Virus record (IMG/VR): IMGVR_UViG_3300017776_000090
Span: 1-31,113 of that record
Source of the DNA: a virus
Direction: 5' to 3' (one strand)
Length of the DNA: 31,113 nt
Numbering within the stretch: position 1 is the stretch's first letter; every line of letters begins with the position of its first letter. The translations under genes and the position numbers were made by a program. The notes beneath the pieces were generated by a model. The model saw only the letters and a list, made by a program, of their open reading frames with translations, was not told the DNA's origin and did not search any database. Below are positions 14,707-22,713 of the stretch, in pieces.

Positions 14707-16540
14707 TCAGAAAATGAATATAACAATTAAGGCTTTTGATAAAACAAAGGCTGGTCTAGGTTCTGCCGCTAAAGGAATAAAAGCTGTAGCGGGTTCAGTA
14801 TTAAGTCTTAAAACAGCATTGATTGGCGTTGCTGGCGTTGCTGGTTTCGGAATGATGATAAAAAGTTCAATGACTGCAACAGATTCATTGGGTAAAACAG
14901 CTAGGAAAATTGGTGTAACAACCGAGGCATTAGCCAAGATGCGTTATGCGGCAGACCTTACAGGTGTAGCGGCAAGCACAATGGATATGGCTTTACAGCG
15001 TTTCACAAGACGTACAGCAGAAGCCGCAAAAGGAACTGGTGAAGCTAAAGGCGCACTGCGAGAACTAAACATAGACGCTAAGGCAATGCTAAACCTGCCA
15101 CTTGATGAGCAAATGAAAGAGTTATCAAGCGCGTTTGAAAAGGTTAAAACACCTGCTGACAAAGTTAGACTAGCAATGAAGCTGTTTGACTCTGAGGGTG
15201 TTGCGCTTGTCAATACTTTAGGACTAGGCAAAGAAGCCCTAACTGAAATGATGGATGAGGCTGACGCGCTAGGCATAACACTTTCAACTAAAGCGGCTAA
15301 GGGAGTAGAGGACGCAAACGACTCTTTTACACGACTAGGTTCGCTTCTAAGAGGGTTTAGAGACAATACAGTAGCGCAACTAGCACCTGCAATACAAGCT
15401 GTCACAGACAAATTGGTAGCGTTTGGCAAAGAAGCCTCTGGCGGTGATTTTGAGAACATCGGTACTGTAATAGCCAACAAGATAATTGAAGGTTTTAAAA
15501 CGATTGTTGTTGTATTTCAAAACATCTTAAATATTATTGGCGAAACAGCGCATCAGATGAAGCGCATCTACAGAAACATTTTTTCGAGTCAGGAAACAAA
15601 AAAGAACGAAGCTGAACTAAAAAGATTGCAAAAAGTCGCTATAAGGGCAGGGATTACAATAACTAAGGCATTACAGCCACCAAACTATGCTGAAAAATTA
15701 AGTGCTGAAAATAGAAACATTTTAAAAGAAATTAACTCATTAGAGGGCAAACTTAATCAAATAGAAAATAGAGAGACATCAGCATACGTTCCTTTCGATT
15801 TCACTGCGCTTTTAAAGAACTTAACTGACGTACAAAATAAAATTGGTGACGTTGAAGCAAGCGTTGATATTAAGACAAAAATTGACGTTGATTCAGTAAC
15901 AAATGCTAGAGAAGCGTTTAAGGCTTGGTCTGATACTATTGACCCAATAGAAACGCAGTTGCAAAACATGGCAACTGGCGCAATGAATGGATTCACTGAC
16001 TCAATAACTAACGCCATTACTGGCACTGCTAAATTTAGTGATTCAATTAAGTCAATGGCTAGAAGTGTTATAGACTCTTTAACAAAGATGTTGGTACAGT
16101 ATTACATTACAAAGCCGCTATTTGACGCTATCACTGGCATGATTGGTAGCAGTGGCGGTAGTGCAGGTGATCCAATGTTAGGTAAGCAAGTAAAAGGATT
16201 TGAAATTGGAAGCAGTGTCAGTGCGCCAAGCTATAATGGCGGTGGATTTACTGGCAGTGGTTCAAGGTCTGGCGGTATAGATGGTTTAGGCGGTTTCCCT
16301 GCTATACTGCATCCTAATGAGACAGTTATAGACCACACAAAAGGTCAGGGTTTAGCGCAAAAAACAAGCAATCAAAACATAGTTGTTAATCAAACTGTCA
16401 ACATAACAACAGGCATTCAGTCAACAGTTAGAGCAGAGATACAAAATCTAATGCCACAAATTAATGAGTCTACTAAGGCGGCTGTTGCAGAAGCACGATC
16501 CCGCGGTGGTAGCTACAGTAAAGCATTACTTGGAGTTTAA
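14699..16540 (+). CDS. Tail tape measure protein
   Basis: 613 aa, helical and Ala/Lys-rich, with a Gly-rich C-terminal part (GGFTGSGSRSGGIDGLGGFP). It follows the G/GT pair. Confidence 0.9.
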   Translation: MANQKMNITIKAFDKTKAGLGSAAKGIKAVAGSVLSLKTALIGVAGVAGFGMMIKSSMTATDSLGKTARKIGVTTEALAKMRYAADLTGVAASTMDMALQRFTRRTAEAAKGTGEAKGALRELNIDAKAMLNLPLDEQMKELSSAFEKVKTPADKVRLAMKLFDSEGVALVNTLGLGKEALTEMMDEADALGITLSTKAAKGVEDANDSFTRLGSLLRGFRDNTVAQLAPAIQAVTDKLVAFGKEASGGDFENIGTVIANKIIEGFKTIVVVFQNILNIIGETAHQMKRIYRNIFSSQETKKNEAELKRLQKVAIRAGITITKALQPPNYAEKLSAENRNILKEINSLEGKLNQIENRETSAYVPFDFTALLKNLTDVQNKIGDVEASVDIKTKIDVDSVTNAREAFKAWSDTIDPIETQLQNMATGAMNGFTDSITNAITGTAKFSDSIKSMARSVIDSLTKMLVQYYITKPLFDAITGMIGSSGGSAGDPMLGKQVKGFEIGSSVSAPSYNGGGFTGSGSRSGGIDGLGGFPAILHPNETVIDHTKGQGLAQKTSNQNIVVNQTVNITTGIQSTVRAEIQNLMPQINESTKAAVAEARSRGGSYSKALLGV

Positions 16541-17107
16541 ATGAGTGTAAGCTATCCAATCACATTTCCAAGCGTAGGCATAACAAGATTTGATCTGCGT
16601 TTTAGAAAGTCAGTTGCAATGTCAGAGTCGCCATTTACTTATAAACAGCAAGTGCATGATTTTGGCGGTGGGAAATGGGAAGCAGAGGTTACGTTAGCAC
16701 CTTTAACTTATGCACAATCCAGAAGTGTAGATGCTTTTTTTGTTGGCTTAGAAGGCAAAAAAGGCACGTTTTTAATGAACCACCCTTTGCATACAACTAC
16801 AGGTTCAGCTACAGCAGGATACGGTGCTATAGGCGCAACTGCACTAGCTATTACAGGCAATACGTTTGCGGCAGGAACATTTTTTTCTATAGCTAATCAT
16901 TTATACATGATGACTGAAGCAAAAGGTGCGGGCAACCCAACTACAGTAAACATACAGCCGCCACTAAGAACAGTGCATTCAAATGGCGACTCTCTTGACC
17001 TTACACTGCCGAAAGGCACTTGGCGACTATCTACAAACGAAGTTAACAGCTACACAGATATTAATGGGTTGTTCTATTATTCATTTTCTTGCACTGAGGC
17101 TGTTTGA
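16541..17107 (+). CDS. Minor tail protein (distal tail protein candidate)
   Basis: First gene after the tape measure, with a TAAATG junction. Confidence 0.5.
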   Translation: MSVSYPITFPSVGITRFDLRFRKSVAMSESPFTYKQQVHDFGGGKWEAEVTLAPLTYAQSRSVDAFFVGLEGKKGTFLMNHPLHTTTGSATAGYGAIGATALAITGNTFAAGTFFSIANHLYMMTEAKGAGNPTTVNIQPPLRTVHSNGDSLDLTLPKGTWRLSTNEVNSYTDINGLFYYSFSCTEAV

Positions 17108-17709
17108 TGTCTAGGGCTTTAGCAACACAAATGGAAGCGGCTGTTACTGCTGATCTAGTGCGTCCAGTATTCCTAGTTGATTTAATGTTTTCATCGCCAA
17201 TTTACCTTTCAACCATTATAGGAGAGACTGTTTTCAATAACGGTTCTGGAAACAACAACTATTATGGAGTTGGTGAACTATTAAAAATGTCTACAGTTGA
17301 AGAAGTGCAAGATTTAGGCGCGGCAGGAATAACGCTCAATCTATCAGGTATCAACGGCACAGAACTATTGACTAAGGCACTTACTGAAGATTATCAAGGA
17401 AAGACTGTAACAATAAGGCTTGGGGCTTTAGACGCGCAGGGTGCGCTAGTTACTGATCCAGTTATAATATTTGCAGGTTTTATGGATGTTATGTCGCTTA
17501 ATGAAGGCGGTGGAACTGGTGAGATACAATTGAAAGTAGAAAATAAACTTATACGTTTAGATAGAACTAGGGTTCGCAGATACACTAGTCAGGATCAAAG
17601 GGCGGTACATCCGACTGATAAGGGTTTTGATTACGTTACAAACATAGCGCAAAAAGATATTACATGGGGCGCACAAACAGAAAAGGCGGCAAAACAACAA
17701 CTGCAATAG
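17107..17709 (+). CDS. Tail hub protein (DUF2163 / BR0599-like as I recall it)
   Basis: ATG 17107 (TGATG overlap). The pattern VRPVFLVDL…YYGVGELLKMSTVEE…GKTVTIRLG…RRYTSQDQ resembles the family found in GTA-like tails. Confidence 0.5.
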   Translation: MSRALATQMEAAVTADLVRPVFLVDLMFSSPIYLSTIIGETVFNNGSGNNNYYGVGELLKMSTVEEVQDLGAAGITLNLSGINGTELLTKALTEDYQGKTVTIRLGALDAQGALVTDPVIIFAGFMDVMSLNEGGGTGEIQLKVENKLIRLDRTRVRRYTSQDQRAVHPTDKGFDYVTNIAQKDITWGAQTEKAAKQQLQ

Positions 17710-17717
17710 GGGGCAAT

Positions 17718-18167
17718 ATGAAGCTACAAGAGGAATCATATTTAGAAGTTTGTGAGGATATAAAGCCATTAATAAAGATGCACTGGGAACAAATAGCACT
17801 CAACAAAGACAAGATTATTTTAAATCCAGATTGGGATGAATATCAAAGGCTATACAATTCAGGCAATCTAAAGATTTACACAGCGCGAAAAAAGCATGAA
17901 TTAGTTGGCTATTTCATAGTAGCGGTTGCAAAAAACATACATTATAAAGATCATTTGTTTGCTAATTGCGATATTATATACGTTAAGCCAGATAGCAGGG
18001 CAGGCATGACAGGATATAAGTTAATAACTTTTGCAGAGAACGAATTAAAAAATTTAGGCGTTTCAGTGCTGAACATAAATACAAAAATACACACACCTTT
18101 TGATAAGCTATTAGTGCGTATGCACTTTGGGCTTATAGAAAGACTATACTCAAAGTTTATAGGTTAA
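17718..18167 (+). CDS. GNAT-like N-acetyltransferase (149 aa) embedded in the tail-tip module
   Basis: ATG 17718 lies after AGGGGG. LVGYFIVAVAKNIHYKDHLFANCDIIYVKPDSRAGMTGYKLITFAENELKNLGV resembles the GNAT beta4-alpha3 acetyl-CoA motif. The match to R/QxxGxG/A is imperfect. Confidence 0.5.
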   Translation: MKLQEESYLEVCEDIKPLIKMHWEQIALNKDKIILNPDWDEYQRLYNSGNLKIYTARKKHELVGYFIVAVAKNIHYKDHLFANCDIIYVKPDSRAGMTGYKLITFAENELKNLGVSVLNINTKIHTPFDKLLVRMHFGLIERLYSKFIG

Positions 18168-18169
18168 TT

Positions 18170-20929
18170 ATGGCAGTTGCGGCATTTGCAGCATTAGTTC
18201 AAACAGTCGCTACAATAGCAGGCGGAACTGCTTTTGGGGCTATGACTTTTTTTGGCGCAACAGGATTTACAGCATATCTAGCTATGACTGCTACTTATGC
18301 CGTACTAGGCGCAATTAGTAGAGAACTGTTTGCACAGCCAAGCCTAGACACTATGAATGGCATAAACTTTAATGTGCGCGATCCTGCCGCCACAAGAAAA
18401 ATCATCTATGGTAAGTGTCGAGTTGGTGGCGCAATTGTTTTCTTTAATACATCAGACACCGATAACAACTTTTTGCATTTAGTTATTGCGGTTGCAGGGC
18501 ATGAGATTGAAAGCTACGAAGAAGTTTATTTTGGCGACACAAAGGTATGGGAAAATGGAAACTATGTAGACGATGAAACTACAGATTGGCAAGATCACTG
18601 CCTATTAAGTTTTCACAAGGGCGATCAGACTACGGCAGACACTACGCTAGTTAGTGCCGCAACTGGATTTACTAACGATCACAAACTTCTTAATACTGCT
18701 TATGTTTATGTGCGACTAGATTACAACGCTGAAGTTTACGTTTCAGGCGTTCCTAATATTTCGTTTGTTGTTAAAGGTAAAAAGATTTTAAATCCTAGTA
18801 ACGGAGCAACAGCATACAGCAACAACCCTGCACTTATTGCCTATGACTATTTGCGAGACACTGATTATGGTTTAGGTGAAAGCGCGGCAAACATAGACAC
18901 CCCTTCAGTCATAGCATCTGCGGCAGTATGCGATGCTACTGTAAATATTACTGGCGGCACACAGAAAGCCTTTGAATGTGATGGTGTTTTAGATAGCGGA
19001 ACAAATATAAAAGCAAACTTGGAAGCAATTTTGTCAAGCATGATTGGCACAGTCAGTTATTATAATGGCAAGTTTTCAATCATAGCGCACAAACACTACG
19101 CGCCTGTATCTGACGCAGTTGAAACTTCTATGATAGTTGCACCAATACAGGTCAGCACAAAGCGAAGCAGAAAGTCACAACACAACACAGTCAAAGGTCA
19201 ATTCATTTCAGAAGAAAATAATTATATTGTTGCTGACTACCCTATACAAAAAAACGCATCTTACATAACACAAGATGGCGAAGAAATGCCTTTAAACTTA
19301 ACTCTAGCTATGACAACTAACAATGTCAGGGCGCAAAGAATCGCTAAACTTGTAATGGAAAAGTCGCGGCAACAAATGACAATTAGCATGGAGTTAAATT
19401 TAAACGGTTTAAAATATGCTGTTGGTGATAATATAAAAATTAACTACGCTCGGTTTAGTTGGTCAAACAAAGAGTTTGAGATAACAAGGTTACAATTAAT
19501 ACCAGACCCAGAGCGAGGAATGATTGTTGCTGTTGAGGCGGTAGAAAACAGCAGTTCTGCCTATGATTGGGTTGCAGGTGATGCGACTGCCTTTGTTGTT
19601 GCGCCTGCAATTAGTGTTTACAGCGGAACTGAAGTAGTAGCACCTACAAATTTAAACGTATATAAACATGCAGATAATGTTGATAGAAAGTTTAGATTCA
19701 CATGGGCAGGTGTAGAAGCGGCAGATAATGCAAGCCCAAGTGAACCCTATTTTAAGCATTACAGAATAGATTTCCGCGATGGACATAATGGGCGTAGTAA
19801 TTTTTCTGCAACAACGACTGAGACGCATTTCGATGTAATATTGAATGAAATTACTTGGAGAGGTCAACACTTTTCATGGAGAGTGACAGTTTATGCAGTT
19901 AATGTACGTGGTTATAGTAGCATTGAAAGCAATACGAAAGTCGTTACAGTTAGAGATTATGGCGATTTTGCACCAGACCCAAGACAAGATAATTTTGTGC
20001 AAGGTCTAAGTGATAGCCCGACTGTTTCAGATATTAACAGTCTGGCATACGACAAAGGCATAGAGATAGTAAATGGTACAGTTATTACTTACTTACAGGT
20101 TAATCCAGCTAACGTAATTTTGAACACTACAGAGTTTGTATACGAAGATGGAAGTATATTACCTGTGAGAAATGCAGGCTCAATAACCGAAAATCAAGAC
20201 ACAAGCACTGAATTAGTAAGCGGTGGTAATCCGATGAGTGCCACTGAATGGGTGCATGGATCAAATGACACTAGCATTGCTAATGGTGTTTTGACAGGTA
20301 CAGGTATATTACTAGGTCAAAATTTTGTTATTAAATCAATACAGCTAGCAGATGTCACTGCTAATTACACAGTTAAAATAGTTATTGATTCTATAACTGT
20401 TAATGGCGGTGGGCAGCTTAAAGTAAAAATACATGATGCAGAAACTTTTGCGACTTTGTCAGAACAATCCTACACTACAACAGGGACAAAAACATTTACT
20501 TTTGACAGTGTTGGGGCTTTGATTATACTCTCTGTGCAAGGAACAAGTCTCACTGACAGTATTGACTATGCAATCAGTCAAATCTCTATAAAACAAACGC
20601 CAATTAATGCTTTTGAAGAATATAAATTTTTTACGCCAAGTTGGGCAACTGGAGAAGTAACTTGGAATGGACTTCAAGGCGAACAAACTGGAATTACTGA
20701 TAGCGGTGTCACATACACATTAACTGGCTTTAGTGGTGCTAACTTGATAGAAGATGAAAGAAAATATGTTGCTGTAAGGCTTGAAAGAAGCAGTGCGAGT
20801 GTTGGTTTTTCACAGTCTACCATTACTATAAGTGCTGAATGGTCTGAACCAGAAATCATTAATGGTGTTACCCATAACACTGTTAAAAGAGCATCCATTA
20901 CTAAAACTTTATCTGCGAGAATAACTTAA
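18170..20929 (+). CDS. Host-specificity / central tail fibre protein (lambda J / GTA g15-like)
   Basis: 919 aa. RKIIYGKCRVGGAIVFFNT…HLVIAVAGHEIESYEEVYFGD is the Phage-tail_3-type motif. It has an Ala/Gly-rich hydrophobic N-terminus and an FN3-like segment (APTNLNVYKH…FRFTW). Confidence 0.8.
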   Translation: MAVAAFAALVQTVATIAGGTAFGAMTFFGATGFTAYLAMTATYAVLGAISRELFAQPSLDTMNGINFNVRDPAATRKIIYGKCRVGGAIVFFNTSDTDNNFLHLVIAVAGHEIESYEEVYFGDTKVWENGNYVDDETTDWQDHCLLSFHKGDQTTADTTLVSAATGFTNDHKLLNTAYVYVRLDYNAEVYVSGVPNISFVVKGKKILNPSNGATAYSNNPALIAYDYLRDTDYGLGESAANIDTPSVIASAAVCDATVNITGGTQKAFECDGVLDSGTNIKANLEAILSSMIGTVSYYNGKFSIIAHKHYAPVSDAVETSMIVAPIQVSTKRSRKSQHNTVKGQFISEENNYIVADYPIQKNASYITQDGEEMPLNLTLAMTTNNVRAQRIAKLVMEKSRQQMTISMELNLNGLKYAVGDNIKINYARFSWSNKEFEITRLQLIPDPERGMIVAVEAVENSSSAYDWVAGDATAFVVAPAISVYSGTEVVAPTNLNVYKHADNVDRKFRFTWAGVEAADNASPSEPYFKHYRIDFRDGHNGRSNFSATTTETHFDVILNEITWRGQHFSWRVTVYAVNVRGYSSIESNTKVVTVRDYGDFAPDPRQDNFVQGLSDSPTVSDINSLAYDKGIEIVNGTVITYLQVNPANVILNTTEFVYEDGSILPVRNAGSITENQDTSTELVSGGNPMSATEWVHGSNDTSIANGVLTGTGILLGQNFVIKSIQLADVTANYTVKIVIDSITVNGGGQLKVKIHDAETFATLSEQSYTTTGTKTFTFDSVGALIILSVQGTSLTDSIDYAISQISIKQTPINAFEEYKFFTPSWATGEVTWNGLQGEQTGITDSGVTYTLTGFSGANLIEDERKYVAVRLERSSASVGFSQSTITISAEWSEPEIINGVTHNTVKRASITKTLSARIT

Positions 20930-22149
20930 TGAGTTGGCAGAAAAAACCACCAAGAATATCTGGCAACTTTATTGTTGATGGTACGCTTGAAGCTAAACAT
21001 ATAAAAGCAACCACCATTACTGCGGACAAGTTTAGCGGTGCAGTTGAGGAAGAATATTGGGCTTATATTAGCGATAAAGATGTTTCTTTTGCTTATAGCG
21101 GATATACAACTGCGCTAGAGTTCACATTTCCAAAAACTGATCTAGAGATATTTAAAGGTAGGCACGTTCATTACTGCGGTGAAGCTGAAATGAACACAGG
21201 GACTAGTACACAATATGACGGTTTTTTGTTTTTAAGATTAGAAGCAGAAGTTCCTAGCGTACAGGCATCGACTATTATTGGAGACGCAAAGCATCTAGTT
21301 ACATCAGGTTCGTATCAGCTTGTTTATTTTGACGGAAACTTAGCAACAAATCGCATTGGTAGCGGCGGTAGCATTGGTACACTTGGTGGGAACTATAGAA
21401 CATATAGAAAACTTTCTTACGATCCGAAAGGGGCGCAAGGCAGTGAGTTAGTAACTAACGGTGCATTTAACTCAGGCACAGCTAATTGGACTGTTGGCGC
21501 GGGCGGTCACTCATCTGGATATGGTGCTTACTCTGTGACTAGTGATGTAACTAATAACGGATTTACCTATCAGGCTATAACAACTGTTGTTGGCGAGAAG
21601 TATCAGGTGACTGGCAATATAGTTAATGGTGTTGCGAACGGTGAAATAAGGATTACATCTGCGCCTAACCTTGATAGCGAAAGTCAGATTGCTACTAGTA
21701 CAGTTTACACTGGCTCACAGGCGGTTGATTTTGAATTTACAGCTACAAGCACAACAACTTATATCGTGCTAAAAGCATCAGGAACATCAGCTGGTCAAAG
21801 TGTCGGTTTTGATAACATAGTTTGCAAGCAGTATCTAAGAAGAACGTATCTTGAATTAAGCACAACTGGTGGAGCGATTGTAAACACTGATGGCAGTACA
21901 GCGGTCAGCCTTTACTATCACCCTTATAGTGGTGCATCATCTGGAACTTACCAAGTAGTAGATAACTATACGCAAAAAACTAGAACAAAAGCATATACAA
22001 ACTTCTTTAGGTTTCAAACTGAGGCGTATATAGGTTGGTTTAATGATGATATTAAGTTGAGATTAACTTGCCTTAATCAGATTGCATTTGGCAAGACTGT
22101 AACCTTAAACGATGTTAAGATATTCATGCAGAGTAGGATAGTAGAATGA
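20929..22149 (+). CDS. Tail fibre / receptor-binding protein with a carbohydrate-binding-module-like domain
   Basis: GSELVTNGAFNSGTANWTVGAGG…YQVTGNIV… is typical of CBM4/9-like jelly-roll starts. TAATG coupling to the J-like gene. Confidence 0.55.
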   Translation: MSWQKKPPRISGNFIVDGTLEAKHIKATTITADKFSGAVEEEYWAYISDKDVSFAYSGYTTALEFTFPKTDLEIFKGRHVHYCGEAEMNTGTSTQYDGFLFLRLEAEVPSVQASTIIGDAKHLVTSGSYQLVYFDGNLATNRIGSGGSIGTLGGNYRTYRKLSYDPKGAQGSELVTNGAFNSGTANWTVGAGGHSSGYGAYSVTSDVTNNGFTYQAITTVVGEKYQVTGNIVNGVANGEIRITSAPNLDSESQIATSTVYTGSQAVDFEFTATSTTTYIVLKASGTSAGQSVGFDNIVCKQYLRRTYLELSTTGGAIVNTDGSTAVSLYYHPYSGASSGTYQVVDNYTQKTRTKAYTNFFRFQTEAYIGWFNDDIKLRLTCLNQIAFGKTVTLNDVKIFMQSRIVE

Positions 22150-22361
22150 TAGTGATCGGATACCAGAAATTAGTTAACGATGAAGAAATAGTAGACGTTG
22201 TTTTTGAAGAACACGAAGATAGAGATGATGCTGAGGACGCTTTAAACAGGCTTGTAGCGACTGAAGCAGACTTAGAAAATATCATTAACTATTTCTGGGC
22301 GATTAAACACGACAACAGCTATAAGATAATGGCTATAAAAGACAAAATTATTGAGGTTTAA
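22146..22361 (+). CDS. Small acidic hypothetical protein (71 aa)
   Basis: ATGA overlap with the upstream gene. No motif recognised. Confidence 0.55.
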   Translation: MIVIGYQKLVNDEEIVDVVFEEHEDRDDAEDALNRLVATEADLENIINYFWAIKHDNSYKIMAIKDKIIEV

Positions 22362-22362
22362 A

Positions 22363-22713
22363 ATGACAGCGGCTAAATATGATATTGAAATTGATCAAGG
22401 CTCTAGCTTTGCACTATCTATAACTGTAAGTGAGAATGGCTCACCAAAAAACCTATCACAATTTACACCAAGAGCGCAAATGCGCCCTTCTGTTGATTCG
22501 CCAGATACAGATAAAGTAGATTTTACCTTTGATTCTACAAATCTTGCATCAGGCATTATAATTTTGAAATTAACTCATACTGCTAGTAGTGCAATGGTTG
22601 CTGGTAATTATTTTTACGACTTAGAAATTTTTACTGGTACTGCTCCTAATGAAACTTCTGTGACTAGAATCATGCAAGGCAAAGCTGTTGTTAATCCAGA
22701 GGTAACTAAATAA
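22363..22713 (+). CDS. Ig-like beta-sandwich structural protein (BppU-N-like flavour)
   Basis: ATG 22363 lies after GAGG; the track start 22351 is TTG. The pattern YDIEIDQGSSF…NLSQFTPRAQMR…GNYFYDLEI matches this fold class. Confidence 0.4.
   Translation: MTAAKYDIEIDQGSSFALSITVSENGSPKNLSQFTPRAQMRPSVDSPDTDKVDFTFDSTNLASGIIILKLTHTASSAMVAGNYFYDLEIFTGTAPNETSVTRIMQGKAVVNPEVTK

Noticed and set aside
14944-15480. 178-aa minus-strand ORF, plus other antisense ORFs such as 2866-3330, 6907-7302, 11434-11790, 14194-14517, 15757-16026, 22832-23143 and 26574-26843.
   Set aside because: All lie fully inside well-supported + strand genes (tape measure, MPE, TerL, capsid and others). They have low-complexity Ala/Ser/Leu-rich translations typical of antisense frames and have no RBS. 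Every supported gene here is on the + strand.
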